DNA of 64,000 nucleotides from positions 70,738-134,737 of the forward strand of contig CALVLZ010000006.1 of the NCBI GenBank assembly GCA_944341445.1, written 5' to 3'. The notes below the pieces were generated by a model. The model did no database searches. It saw nothing but the letters and a program-made list of their open reading frames with translations, and had not been told where the DNA came from. Shown piece by piece: positions 40,173 through 49,569 of this stretch. Position 1 is the stretch's first letter. Every line of letters starts with the position of its first letter. Made by a program: the position numbers and the translations under genes. The stretch is from an uncultured Clostridia bacterium. GTDB taxonomy: Bacteria; Bacillota; Clostridia; Christensenellales; UBA1242.

Positions 40173-40424
40173 ATGAAATTAAGAGATAAAAAAAGATTGC
40201 ACGGCAAAGAACCAAAAATTAATACTATTAAGGCTTTCACAAAGGATATGACAATTGGTGATGTTGCAGATTGTGGCAAAGAAGCGCAAGCAGTGTTAAT
40301 GGGTTTTGGAATGCATTGTTTTGGTTGCCCAATGAGCAGAATGGAAACAATTGAGCAAGCAGCAGCTGTTCATGGTGTTGATGTTAATTTTATGTTAGAA
40401 AAGCTAAACGAATTAATTAAATAA
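40173..40424 (+). CDS. DUF1858 / hybrid-cluster-protein-associated redox disulfide domain protein
   Basis: ITKDMTIGDV...FGMHCFGCPMSRMETIEQAAAVHGVD is the characteristic motif. Confidence 0.75.
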   Translation: MKLRDKKRLHGKEPKINTIKAFTKDMTIGDVADCGKEAQAVLMGFGMHCFGCPMSRMETIEQAAAVHGVDVNFMLEKLNELIK

Positions 40425-40436
40425 TTGTTATAAAAT

Positions 40437-40466
40437 AAATGTGCAAACAGCACATTTATTTTTTTT
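40437..40466 (+). terminator. Rho-independent terminator
   Basis: Hairpin aaatgtgc-aaaca-gcacattt followed by a T-run. Confidence 0.8.
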
Positions 40467-40858
40467 GTCACAAAAGTGTTTGTTTATGGCTTAAAAAATT
40501 ATTTTATGAAATTTGCAATGCTGATTTTAACATTATTAATATATTTTATGACAATAGGTTGTGTTTAATAAACAATATTATAAAACCGTATTATTAATTT
40601 ATTTTAATTAAGTGGTGCTAAAAATATGTTTGTTGATTGTTGGCTATAAGTATTAAAGCATAATTATTTGTTAACTTAAAATGACTAAAATTTTAGTTCT
40701 ATAAATGAAATTAAGTTAGATTATTGCTTAAACAATAAAAGCACTTGTTGTTTTTATTTTGAGCTTATGTTGTTTTGCGATTTTAAATTTGAAAATAAAA
40801 CTATATTCGTTTAATTGAAAGATATAAAATTTTTAGAGCAACTACTATTATTAGGTGA

Positions 40859-40921
40859 GTGCGTGTGCACACGCACGTGTTGTGCATATACACGCATATA
40901 TACGCACACGTGTACGCGTAT
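40859..40921. repeat. Alternating purine-pyrimidine, palindrome-dense GC-rich tract
   Basis: Two alternating runs (22 nt and 41 nt) are separated by a single phase slip at 40880/40881. G+C is ~52% in a flank that is more than 80% AT. It contains a 16-nt perfect palindrome, tgcgtgtgcacacgca (40860-40875), plus cacgtg, acacgtgt and tacgcgta. Confidence 0.9.
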
Positions 40922-41217
40922 TATTTTATAATATAATAATTTTAAAAAATATTAATCAATATAAATAGAAAATTAAAATAAATAAAACATTCAAAAGTTT
41001 GTAACAGAAATAAAGCATCTAAATTAATTCCTAAAAATTAAAATATTTTTTAACTTAAAAAATGGTTTAAATAAAAATTTATTAAGATGGAAAGTTCTAG
41101 AGCTTTATAACTTTTATAAAAATTTTTTTAAGAAAATTTTTTATTTAACAATTTATAAAGTTGTTAGAGTGGTGTAAAAATTTTATTTTAAATTTGAAAA
41201 AATTTTTTTAAAAAATG

Positions 41218-41246
41218 TTGACATACTTTGTTTAATGTTGTAGAAT
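41218..41246 (+). promoter_or_regulatory. Sigma-A type promoter of the S10 operon
   Basis: TTGACA, 17-nt spacer, TAGAAT. Confidence 0.65.
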
Positions 41247-41252
41247 AATTTA

Positions 41253-41476
41253 GCTGTAATATGGGGCGAAATGTAAAGTTACCAAAGTTACGCCAAAAAC
41301 TTTTGGATAATTTGCATGGACAAATGTTTGCGCGAAAATAGACGCAAGCGACCAAGAACAAGCATATTTTTTTTGAATTACAGCGTGAAACACACGGTCG
41401 CGTGTTATAATGCGTGCGTGTTATAAATAAATAATATGCTACATAACTTGGGAAAATTAATTTAGGAGGAAAATTA
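41253..41476 (+). promoter_or_regulatory. Long structured 5' leader of rpsJ
   Basis: An 8-bp long-range helix pairs GCUGUAAU (41253-60) with AUUACAGC (41377-84). Internal hairpins include ttgcg/cgcaa and acacg/cgtgt. There is a tandem aaagttac x2 and a direct repeat gcgtgttataa x2. Confidence 0.45.
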
Positions 41477-41785
41477 ATGGCAACACAAAAAATAAGAATT
41501 AAATTACAAGCTTACGATCACGTTTTAATTGATCAAGCAAGCAAAAGAATTATTGACACCGCTTTAAAATTTGGTGCAAAAATAAGCGGACCAGTTCCAC
41601 TTCCAACAGACAAAGAAGTTGTAACAATAATTCGTGCACCACACAAAGATAAAGATTCTCGTGAACAATTTGAAATGAGAACACATAAAAGACTAATTGA
41701 TATTTACAGTCCTTCAGCAAAAGCAGTTGACGCTTTAATGAAGTTGGATCTTCCTGCTGGTGTGGACATCAATATTAAATTATAA
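41477..41785 (+). CDS. rpsJ: 30S ribosomal protein S10
   Basis: [11 protein letters not shown]...RTHKRLIDI. Confidence 0.99.
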   Translation: MATQKIRIKLQAYDHVLIDQASKRIIDTALKFGAKISGPVPLPTDKEVVTIIRAPHKDKDSREQFEMRTHKRLIDIYSPSAKAVDALMKLDLPAGVDINIKL

Positions 41786-41817
41786 TGCACAGGAATGATT
41801 TAAGGAGATAAGGTTTT

Positions 41818-42456
41818 ATGAAAAAAGCAATTTTAGGTAAAAAACTTGGAATGACTCAAATATTCTCAGATAAAGGTATTGTTATTCCAGTTACAGTTGT
41901 TGAAGCTGGCCCTTGCTTTGTAACTCAAGTTAAAACAACTGATAAAGATGGTTACAATGCAGTTCAAGTAGCTTTTGGCGATGTAAGAGAAAATCTTTTA
42001 ACAAAACCACAACTTGGAATTTTAAAGAAAGCAGAAGTTTCAGCAAAAAAATTCGTTAAAGAATTTAAATTTGATAATGTAAGCGAATATCAACTAGGAA
42101 GCAAAATTGATTGTTCAATTTTCGAAGAAGGCGATATTGTTGACGTTACTGGTATGACTAAAGGTAGAGGTTATACAGGAACAATTAAACGTTGGAACTT
42201 TCAACGTCACAGAATGTCTCATGGTAATGGACCAGTTCACAGAAAACCAGGTTCTATTGGATCAAACACTTTCCCAGCTAAAGTTTTCAAAGGAAAGAAA
42301 ATGAGCGGAAGATATGGTAACGAACAAGTTACAATTCAAAATCTTGAAATAGTTAAAGTTGATGCTGATAGAAACGTAATTTTAATTAAAGGTGCAGTTC
42401 CAGGAGCTAAAGGCGGATTACTAACAATTAAACAAGCAGTTAAGGCTAACGATTAA
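41818..42456 (+). CDS. rplC: 50S ribosomal protein L3
   Basis: ILGKKLGMTQIF, with a typical L3 body. Confidence 0.99.
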   Translation: MKKAILGKKLGMTQIFSDKGIVIPVTVVEAGPCFVTQVKTTDKDGYNAVQVAFGDVRENLLTKPQLGILKKAEVSAKKFVKEFKFDNVSEYQLGSKIDCSIFEEGDIVDVTGMTKGRGYTGTIKRWNFQRHRMSHGNGPVHRKPGSIGSNTFPAKVFKGKKMSGRYGNEQVTIQNLEIVKVDADRNVILIKGAVPGAKGGLLTIKQAVKAND

Positions 42457-42467
42457 GGAGAGGAACT

Positions 42468-43091
42468 ATGAATTTAAAAGTTGTTAATATGTTAGGTGAA
42501 GAAGTTAGTAGCCTAAAAGTTAAAGATGAAGTATTCAAACAAGAATATAATGAAGCATTAATTCATCAAGTTGTTGTTGCACAACTTGCAAATCTTCGTC
42601 AAGGAACAAAAAGCACATTAACTCGTTCAGAAGTTAGAGGCCATGCTAAAAAACCTTGGCGTCAAAAGGGAACAGGTAGAGCAAGACAAGGTTCTACAAA
42701 AGGCCCACAATGGAGAGGCGGTGGAGTTGTTTTTGCACCAAAGCCAAGAGACTTCTCTAAAAAAGTTAACAAAGAAGTTAAACGTGCTGCATTTAGAAGT
42801 GCAATAAGCACAAAAATTGCTAACAAAGAATTGTTAGTTTTAGATAACTTAACAATTGCTGAAGGCAAAACAAAACAAATGGTTGAAGTTTGCAAAAATC
42901 TTGGACTTAACAAATCTGTTATTTTCGTAACAAAAAATAAAGATGAAATGGTTTTAAGAGCAAGTGCTAACCTTCAAAAAGTAGATGTTACAACTGCAGA
43001 CATTTTAAATGTTTACGATATTGTTGCAAACAATAAAGTGGTTTTAACAGTTGATGCAATTAAATCAATTGAGGAGGCTTACGTAAAATAA
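42468..43091 (+). CDS. rplD: 50S ribosomal protein L4
   Basis: KPWRQKGTGRARQGS motif. Confidence 0.99.
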   Translation: MNLKVVNMLGEEVSSLKVKDEVFKQEYNEALIHQVVVAQLANLRQGTKSTLTRSEVRGHAKKPWRQKGTGRARQGSTKGPQWRGGGVVFAPKPRDFSKKVNKEVKRAAFRSAISTKIANKELLVLDNLTIAEGKTKQMVEVCKNLGLNKSVIFVTKNKDEMVLRASANLQKVDVTTADILNVYDIVANNKVVLTVDAIKSIEEAYVK

Positions 43092-43381
43092 TGAAAGAAT
43101 TTGATATTATTATTAAACCTTTATTAAGCGAAAAAAGTTATAAAGATATTGAAAACAAAAAATACACTTTTGTTGTTGATAAAAAAGCCAACAAAATTGA
43201 AATTAAACAAGCAGTTGAAAAAATTTTTGGCGTTAAGGTTGAAAAAGTTAACACTGCAAATGTAGATGGAAAATTAAAAAGACAAGGAAAAACTCAAGGA
43301 TACACAAGCGATTACAAAAAGGCTTTCGTTCAATTAAAAAGCGATAGCAAACCAATTGAGTTTTTTGAAAGTCTAAGCTAA
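43091..43381 (+). CDS. rplW: 50S ribosomal protein L23
   Basis: Position and typical sequence. Its start overlaps the rplD stop (ATAATG). Confidence 0.98.
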   Translation: MKEFDIIIKPLLSEKSYKDIENKKYTFVVDKKANKIEIKQAVEKIFGVKVEKVNTANVDGKLKRQGKTQGYTSDYKKAFVQLKSDSKPIEFFESLS

Positions 43382-43399
43382 TATTGGAGGAAGTAAATA

Positions 43400-44230
43400 A
43401 TGAGTATTAAAACATATAGACCTACTTCTGCCGCACGTAGATTTTACACTACTGCTTCTTTTGATGAAGTTACTAAAGGGAAAGCTCCTGAGAAAAGCTT
43501 GCTAGCAACAAAAAAGAAAACTGCTGGTAGAAACAATCAAGGTAGAATCACTGTTCGTCACATTGGTGGTGGAAACAGAACTAAATATAGAATTATAGAT
43601 TTTAAAAGAAATAAGGATAATATTCCAGCAAAAGTTGCAAGCATTGAATATGATCCAAACCGTTCAGCATACATTGCATTATTAAATTATGCTGATGGTG
43701 AAAAAAGATACATTTTAGCTCCTCGTGGACTAAATGTTGGTGACACTGTTATGAGTGGCCAAAACGTTGAAATTAAAGTAGGTAACTGCTTAAAATTAAA
43801 AGACATGCCTGTTGGTGCTGTTGTTCACAACATTGAACTTCAACCTGGCAAAGGCGGTCAAATCGTTCGTTCTGCCGGAAACGAAGCTCGTTTAATGGCA
43901 AAAGAAGGCAAATATGCAACCATCAAACTTCCTAGTGGAGAAATGAGAATGGTTTTGGCTGAATGCCGTGCAACCATTGGTCAAGTTGGAAATTTGGAAC
44001 ATGAAATTGTTTCTATTGGTAAAGCTGGTAGAAAACGTCATATGGGAGTTAGACCAACAGTTCGTGGTTCTGTTATGAACCCAGTAGATCACCCACATGG
44101 TGGTGGTGAAGGTAAATCACCAGTTGGTAGAAAATCTCCATTAACTCCATGGGGTAAACCTGCAATGGGCTTGAAAACAAGAAACCGCAAAAAACAAAGT
44201 AGCAAGCTAATTATTAAGCGTGTTAATTAG
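43400..44230 (+). CDS. rplB: 50S ribosomal protein L2
   Basis: [11 protein letters not shown] and HIGGG motifs. Confidence 0.99.
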   Translation: MSIKTYRPTSAARRFYTTASFDEVTKGKAPEKSLLATKKKTAGRNNQGRITVRHIGGGNRTKYRIIDFKRNKDNIPAKVASIEYDPNRSAYIALLNYADGEKRYILAPRGLNVGDTVMSGQNVEIKVGNCLKLKDMPVGAVVHNIELQPGKGGQIVRSAGNEARLMAKEGKYATIKLPSGEMRMVLAECRATIGQVGNLEHEIVSIGKAGRKRHMGVRPTVRGSVMNPVDHPHGGGEGKSPVGRKSPLTPWGKPAMGLKTRNRKKQSSKLIIKRVN

Positions 44231-44239
44231 GAGTAAGTT

Positions 44240-44512
44240 ATGAGTAGATCATTAAAGAAAAAACCTTTCGTAGAAGAAAGATTATATAACAGAATTAAAG
44301 CTATGAACGAAAGCGGCAAAAAACAAGTTGTTAAAACTTGGAGCCGTTCTTCAACAATTTATCCAGAGTTCGTTGGTCACACAATTGCTGTTCACAACGG
44401 AATGAAACACATTCCTGTTTACTGCACAATTGAAATGATTGGTCATAAACTTGGTGAATTTGCACCAACTAGAACATTCAAAGGTCATAGCGGAGATAAA
44501 AAATCAAAATAA
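44240..44512 (+). CDS. rpsS: 30S ribosomal protein S19
   Basis: [10 protein letters not shown]...[16 protein letters not shown]. Confidence 0.99.
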   Translation: MSRSLKKKPFVEERLYNRIKAMNESGKKQVVKTWSRSSTIYPEFVGHTIAVHNGMKHIPVYCTIEMIGHKLGEFAPTRTFKGHSGDKKSK

Positions 44513-44531
44513 GGTAAGGAGAGAGTAAATA

Positions 44532-44921
44532 ATGGCTAAAAGAATTAGAGAAAAAGCGGCTGCAAGAGTTGCAAATAAAGATGCTCGTCCTTATGCTACC
44601 GCTAAATTTATTAGAATGAGTTCAACAAAAGCTGCAAGAGTTTTAGATATTATTCGTGGAAAAAGATATGCTGAAGCTTATGCAATTTTGAAAGAAACTC
44701 CATCAACTGCATCTAACGATGTTATTAAAGTTTTAAAATCAGCTGCTGCTAATGCAGAACACAACAAAGGTTTTGATAAAGAAAATTTATTTGTTGCTGA
44801 ATGTTACGCAAACCAAGGTCCAACAATGAAACGTTATATGTTCAGAGGAAAAGGTGGCGTTGATACTATATTAAAAAGAACTTGTCATATCACAATTGTG
44901 TTAGACAGTGTTCAAAAGTAA
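44532..44921 (+). CDS. rplV: 50S ribosomal protein L22
   Basis: Typical L22 body. It has a short N-terminal extension. Confidence 0.97.
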   Translation: MAKRIREKAAARVANKDARPYATAKFIRMSSTKAARVLDIIRGKRYAEAYAILKETPSTASNDVIKVLKSAAANAEHNKGFDKENLFVAECYANQGPTMKRYMFRGKGGVDTILKRTCHITIVLDSVQK

Positions 44922-44937
44922 AAGGAGTTAAAAGTTT

Positions 44938-45618
44938 ATGGGTCAAAAAGTAAGTCCTCATGGTTTAAGAGTTGGCGTTAACAAAGATTGGAGTTCTTCT
45001 TGGACTGCAAAAAAAGCTGACTTTTCAAAATTCCTTATAGAAGATAATACTATTAGAAAATTTATAAACAAAAAATATAGCACAGCGTCAGTATCTAAAA
45101 TTGAAATTGAACGTACTGCTAGCCGTGTAATTATTGATATTTTCACATCTCGTCCAGGTGTTTTAATTGGAAACAAAGGTGCAGGTGTTGAAGAACTTAA
45201 AAAAGAACTTGCTAAATTAAGTTCTAACAAAAACGTAAACGTAAATATTAAAGAAGTTAAAAAACCAGATTTAGATGCTCAATTAGTTGCACAAAGTATT
45301 GCACAACAAATTGAAAAAAGAATTAGCTACAAACGTGCTATGAAACAAGCAATGCAAAAAGTTATGCGTGCTGGAGCTAAAGGTTGCAAAATTATGGTTA
45401 GCGGAAGATTAGATGGCGCTGAAATTGCTAGAAGTTTCCGTTACTTAGAAGGTAGATTGCCATTACATACAATTAGAGCAGATATCGATTATGCAACACA
45501 AGAAGCTCACACAACTTATGGCGTTCTTGGCGTTAAAGTTTGGATTTGCAAAGGTGAAATTTTAGGAAAGAAAACAGCTAAAATTTCCGACAATGTTGAA
45601 CAAGGAGGAAATGCTTAA
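44938..45618 (+). CDS. rpsC: 30S ribosomal protein S3
   Basis: [13 protein letters not shown]. Confidence 0.99.
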   Translation: MGQKVSPHGLRVGVNKDWSSSWTAKKADFSKFLIEDNTIRKFINKKYSTASVSKIEIERTASRVIIDIFTSRPGVLIGNKGAGVEELKKELAKLSSNKNVNVNIKEVKKPDLDAQLVAQSIAQQIEKRISYKRAMKQAMQKVMRAGAKGCKIMVSGRLDGAEIARSFRYLEGRLPLHTIRADIDYATQEAHTTYGVLGVKVWICKGEILGKKTAKISDNVEQGGNA

Positions 45619-46055
45619 TGTTAATGCCTAAAAGAGTTAAGAGAAGAAAACAATTCCGTGGCAGAATGACAGGTAAAGCAACAAGAGGTAATAAACTTGC
45701 ATATGGCGATTTTGGTTTAGTAGCAACTGAACCTTGCTGGATGAAAGGAAACCAAATTGAAGCTGCCAGAATTGCAATTTCTCGTTATACAAAACGTGGT
45801 GGAAAATTATGGATTAACGTTTTCCCACACAAACCAGTAACTAAAAAACCTGCTGAAGTAAGAATGGGTAAAGGTAAAGGTTCACCAGAATTCTGGGTTG
45901 CTGTTGTTAAACCAGGCAGAGTTCTATTTGAATTAAACGGAGTTACTGAAGAAGTTGCAAGAGAAGCATTAAGATTAGCTAGTCATAAACTTCCTTGCAA
46001 AACAAAATTCATTATGAAAGAAAAAGAAGAAAATAATGAAGGTGGTAATGAATAA
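45618..46055 (+). CDS. rplP: 50S ribosomal protein L16
   Basis: [17 protein letters not shown]. Its start overlaps the rpsC stop. Confidence 0.99.
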   Translation: MLMPKRVKRRKQFRGRMTGKATRGNKLAYGDFGLVATEPCWMKGNQIEAARIAISRYTKRGGKLWINVFPHKPVTKKPAEVRMGKGKGSPEFWVAVVKPGRVLFELNGVTEEVAREALRLASHKLPCKTKFIMKEKEENNEGGNE

Positions 46056-46264
46056 TGAAAGCAAAAAATTTTAGAGATATGACAACTGAAGAATTAAAGT
46101 CTAAGTTGAAAGAATTAAAACAAGAATTATTTAACCTTCGTTTTTCAAATGCAACTGGGCAACTTACTAACCCAATGCAAATAAATGCTTGCAAGAAAGA
46201 CATTGCACGTGTTAACACAATTTTAACAGAACGTAATGCTAATTCAGACAAGGCAAAAGCGTAG
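46055..46264 (+). CDS. rpmC: 50S ribosomal protein L29
   Basis: ELKQELFNLRF motif. Its start overlaps the rplP stop. Confidence 0.98.
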   Translation: MKAKNFRDMTTEELKSKLKELKQELFNLRFSNATGQLTNPMQINACKKDIARVNTILTERNANSDKAKA

Positions 46265-46280
46265 GGCGTAGGAGGATAGT

Positions 46281-46559
46281 ATGAGTAAAGTAGAACAAAC
46301 CACTGTTGAAAGAAACAACAGAAGAGTTAGACAAGGTGTTGTTGTTAGCGATAGCATGGATAAAACAATAACTGTTGCTATTGTTGATAATAAAAGACAT
46401 CCTTTATATGGAAAAGTTTATAAGAAAACTAAAAAATTTGCTGCACACGATGAAAATAACGAAGCTCACGTTGGTGACGTTGTTGAAATTATGGAAACTC
46501 GTCCACTAAGCAAAAATAAATATTTCCGTTTAATAAGAATAATTGAAAAGGCAAAATAA
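46281..46559 (+). CDS. rpsQ: 30S ribosomal protein S17
   Basis: [14 protein letters not shown]...RPLSK. Confidence 0.98.
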   Translation: MSKVEQTTVERNNRRVRQGVVVSDSMDKTITVAIVDNKRHPLYGKVYKKTKKFAAHDENNEAHVGDVVEIMETRPLSKNKYFRLIRIIEKAK

Positions 46560-46572
46560 GGAGTAAAGAATT

Positions 46573-46941
46573 ATGGTACAAGCTCAATCAAGATTAAATG
46601 TAGCCGACAATTCCGGAGCCAAAGAAATTATGGTTATCCGTCCTCTTGGCGGTTCTTTTAGAAAAAATGCAAGCGTTGGCGACATAGTTGTTGCTTCTGT
46701 AAAAACTGCCACTCCAGGTGGAGTTGTAAAGAAAGGTGATGTTGTTAAGGCTGTTGTTGTTAGAACTGTTAGAAGCATTAAACGTGCAGATGGTTCATAC
46801 ATCAGATTTGATGATAACGCTGCAGTTATAATCGATAATCAAAAATTACCAAAGGGAACTCGTATATTCGGACCTGTTGCACGTGAACTACGTGATAAAG
46901 GTTTTATGAAAATAATTTCACTAGCTCCCGAAGTTCTATAG
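46573..46941 (+). CDS. rplN: 50S ribosomal protein L14
   Basis: The N-terminal block [10 protein letters not shown] and the C-terminal SLAPEVL fit the usual L14 pattern. Confidence 0.99.
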   Translation: MVQAQSRLNVADNSGAKEIMVIRPLGGSFRKNASVGDIVVASVKTATPGGVVKKGDVVKAVVVRTVRSIKRADGSYIRFDDNAAVIIDNQKLPKGTRIFGPVARELRDKGFMKIISLAPEVL

Positions 46942-46953
46942 GAGGAATGCATA

Positions 46954-47460
46954 ATGAAAAATTTATTTGTTAAAAAAGGCGATACAGTTTTAGTTATTGC
47001 AGGAAAAGATAAAAATAAACAAGCAAAAGTTCTTGAAGCATTCCCTCAAGAAAATAAGGTAATAGTTGAAGGTGTAAACGTTGTTGTTAAACATCAAAAA
47101 CCTAGAAGTGCACAAGACAAAGGTGGCAAAATTGAAAAAGAAGCTAAAATAGACGCAAGCAATGTTCAAGTTATTTGCCCAGAGTGCAAAAAAGCAACAA
47201 GAGTTGCTGAAACAATTGTTGATGGCAAAAAACATCGTACTTGCAAAAAATGTGGTGCAAGTTTAGATAAAGCATTTGTTGCTAAAAAATCTACTGCTAA
47301 AAAAGCAGAAGCAAAAAAAGAAGTTGCTGCTAAAAAAGCAACAACAACAAAAAAAGCAACTGCAAGCAAAAAAACAGAAACTGTGAAAGCTGCTCCAAAA
47401 AAAGCTGCAGCAAGCACAACAAAAAAAGTTGCTCAAAGGAAAAATAGGGGGGATAAATAA
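46954..47460 (+). CDS. rplX: 50S ribosomal protein L24 with a CxxC...CxxC Zn-ribbon and a ~60-aa Lys/Ala/Thr-rich C-terminal tail
   Basis: KOW core [17 protein letters not shown]. Cys75/78/97/100 form the candidate Zn site. The tail reads [30 protein letters not shown]... Confidence 0.97.
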   Translation: MKNLFVKKGDTVLVIAGKDKNKQAKVLEAFPQENKVIVEGVNVVVKHQKPRSAQDKGGKIEKEAKIDASNVQVICPECKKATRVAETIVDGKKHRTCKKCGASLDKAFVAKKSTAKKAEAKKEVAAKKATTTKKATASKKTETVKAAPKKAAASTTKKVAQRKNRGDK

Positions 47461-48011
47461 TGAAATTAACTGAATCAAGATTATTTAATCATTATAATAC
47501 AGTTGTTGTTCCTGCTATGATGAAAGAGCATGGTTACAAAAACATTAATGAAGTTCCTAAAGTTGTTAAAGTTGTTGTAAACCGCGGACTTGGAGATTGC
47601 AAAGATAATGCACAATCTTTCCAAAAAGCTGTTGATGAAATTGCAGCAATCACAGGACAAAAACCACTTGTAACTGTTGCTAAAAAATCCATCGCAAACT
47701 TTAAATTAAGAGAAGGACAAAAAATTGGTGCAAAAGTTACTCTAAGAGGAGCTAACATGTACGCATTTTTAGATAAATTAATTTCCGTTGCATTGCCAAG
47801 AGTTAGAGATTTCCAAGGAATTTCTGATAAAGCATTTGATGGAAAAGGAAACTACTCTTTGGGGCTTACAGAACAGCTAGTTTTCCCAGAAATCAGTTAT
47901 GAAAAAATTGATAAAATCAGAGGATTAGATATTGTTATTGTAACTTCAGCAAAAACTAACGAGGAAGGAAAATCTATGTTAGAAAAACTAGGTTTACCTT
48001 TCAAGAAGTAA
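47460..48011 (+). CDS. rplE: 50S ribosomal protein L5
   Basis: Typical L5 sequence. Its start overlaps the rplX stop. Confidence 0.99.
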   Translation: MKLTESRLFNHYNTVVVPAMMKEHGYKNINEVPKVVKVVVNRGLGDCKDNAQSFQKAVDEIAAITGQKPLVTVAKKSIANFKLREGQKIGAKVTLRGANMYAFLDKLISVALPRVRDFQGISDKAFDGKGNYSLGLTEQLVFPEISYEKIDKIRGLDIVIVTSAKTNEEGKSMLEKLGLPFKK

Positions 48012-48029
48012 GGAGTTTGGAGGAATATT

Positions 48030-48215
48030 ATGGCTAAAAAAGCATTAGTAAAAAAACAACAAAAAGTACAAAAATTCTCAACACGTGAATACACTCGTTG
48101 CCAAATTTGTGGCAGACCTCATTCTGTATTAAGAAAATATGGAATTTGCAGAGTTTGCTTCAGAGAACTTGCATACAAGGGTGAAATTCCTGGTGTTAAG
48201 AAGAGTAGTTGGTAA
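48030..48215 (+). CDS. rpsN: 30S ribosomal protein S14 type Z (Zn-binding, 61 aa)
   Basis: [23 protein letters not shown]. Confidence 0.98.
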   Translation: MAKKALVKKQQKVQKFSTREYTRCQICGRPHSVLRKYGICRVCFRELAYKGEIPGVKKSSW

Positions 48216-48230
48216 AAGGGGGAATAAATA

Positions 48231-48629
48231 ATGGTAGTTACAGATCCAATTGCAGATATGCTTACAAGAATGCGTAATGCATTAACTGTTAAACATTCAA
48301 CTGTTACCGTTCCTGCTTCTAAAATGAAAGTAGCAATTGCTGATTTGCTTTTAAAAGAAGGTTACATTTCTTCATATGAAGTAGTTGGCGAAGGAATTAA
48401 ACAAAATATTAATATTGTATTAAAATACGGACCAAACAAAGAAAGAGTTATTCAAGGATTAAAAAGAATTTCAAAACCTGGTTTAAGAATATATGCATCA
48501 AGTGATGATCTTCCACAAGTTTTAAATGGCCTTGGAATCGCAATTGTTTCTACAAGTAAAGGTCTAATGACAGATAGGCAAGCACGTGCTGAAAGAGTTG
48601 GCGGTGAAGTTCTTGCTTACATATGGTAG
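48231..48629 (+). CDS. rpsH: 30S ribosomal protein S8
   Basis: [14 protein letters not shown]. Confidence 0.99.
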   Translation: MVVTDPIADMLTRMRNALTVKHSTVTVPASKMKVAIADLLLKEGYISSYEVVGEGIKQNINIVLKYGPNKERVIQGLKRISKPGLRIYASSDDLPQVLNGLGIAIVSTSKGLMTDRQARAERVGGEVLAYIW

Positions 48630-48640
48630 GAGGAAATTTT

Positions 48641-49177
48641 ATGTCAAGAATTGGTAAAAAACCTATTAATATACCTGCTGGTGTTACAGCAACTATTAAT
48701 GGCAATAATATAACAGTAAAAGGACCTCTTGGAACTTTAACAAAAAGTTTTAATAGCAATATTCAAGTTAAAATTGAAGGAAATCAAATTGATGTTATAA
48801 ACCCAAATGACAACAAAGAATTGAAAAAATTCCATGGTTTATACCGTCAAATAATTGCAAATGCAGTTGAAGGTGTTTCAAAAGGTTTCACAAAATCATT
48901 AAGCATCAAAGGTGTTGGTTACAAAGCATCTATGAAAGGAAATGATATTGTATTAAACATTGGATTTTCACATCCGGTTGAATTCAAATCTGTTGAAGGA
49001 ATAAAGTTTTCTTGCGACAAAGACACAATTAAGGTTGAAGGCATTGATAAAGAACTTGTTGGTCAAGTTGCTGCATCAATTAAAGCTCTTAAACCTGTTG
49101 AACCATATCATGGCTACGGTATTTTCTATACAGATGAAGTTGTTTACCGTAAAGAAGCTAAAACTGGTAAAAAATAA
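48641..49177 (+). CDS. rplF: 50S ribosomal protein L6
   Basis: MSRIGKKPI follows a ggagg RBS. The ORF-track start at 48623 was rejected. Confidence 0.98.
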   Translation: MSRIGKKPINIPAGVTATINGNNITVKGPLGTLTKSFNSNIQVKIEGNQIDVINPNDNKELKKFHGLYRQIIANAVEGVSKGFTKSLSIKGVGYKASMKGNDIVLNIGFSHPVEFKSVEGIKFSCDKDTIKVEGIDKELVGQVAASIKALKPVEPYHGYGIFYTDEVVYRKEAKTGKK

Positions 49178-49190
49178 GGGGTAAAGTAGG

Positions 49191-49559
49191 ATGATAAATA
49201 AGATTAATAAAAACGAAGCTCGTAAAAAACGTGCTAAACGTGTTAGAAAATATATTTCTGGCACAGCTGAAAGACCACGCTTAAGCGTTCATAGAAGCCT
49301 TACAAACATCTACGCACAACTTATTGATGACGTTAAAGGTGTTACACTTGCAAGTGCTTCAACAATGGAAAAAGATGTTGTTAAATTAATTGAAGGAAAA
49401 ACTAAACAAGAAGCTGCTTTTATAGTTGGTGAAGCTATTGCAAAAGCTGCAAAGAAAAAAGGTATTAAAACCTGCGTGTTTGATCGTGCTGGATACCTTT
49501 ACACAGGCAGAGTTAAAGCTTTAGCAGAAGGTGCTAGAAAAGCTGGTCTTGAATTCTAA
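49191..49559 (+). CDS. rplR: 50S ribosomal protein L18
   Basis: [20 protein letters not shown]. Confidence 0.99.
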   Translation: MINKINKNEARKKRAKRVRKYISGTAERPRLSVHRSLTNIYAQLIDDVKGVTLASASTMEKDVVKLIEGKTKQEAAFIVGEAIAKAAKKKGIKTCVFDRAGYLYTGRVKALAEGARKAGLEF

Positions 49560-49569
49560 GAGGTGAGTT

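Noticed and set aside
40506-40568. 20-aa hydrophobic mini-ORF (MKFAMLILTLLIYFMTIGCV) that could be a type I toxin or a small membrane peptide.
   Set aside because: There is no Shine-Dalgarno sequence and I saw no obvious promoter or antisense RNA signals. Short hydrophobic ORFs arise easily in T-rich sequence. It is worth revisiting only if the gap proves to be transcribed.
40856-40921. Group II intron 5' end (GUGCG at 40859), a CRISPR-like repeat, or an rRNA/tRNA fragment, as explanations for the GC-rich tract.
   Set aside because: There are no downstream intron domains or reverse-transcriptase ORF. There is no repeat-spacer periodicity and no cloverleaf. The flanks are almost pure AT.
40425-41476. 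Replication origin in the 1-kb gap.
   Set aside because: dnaA and dnaN are not nearby. I found only one imperfect DnaA-box-like word (tttggataa at ~41302, one mismatch) and no cluster of boxes.
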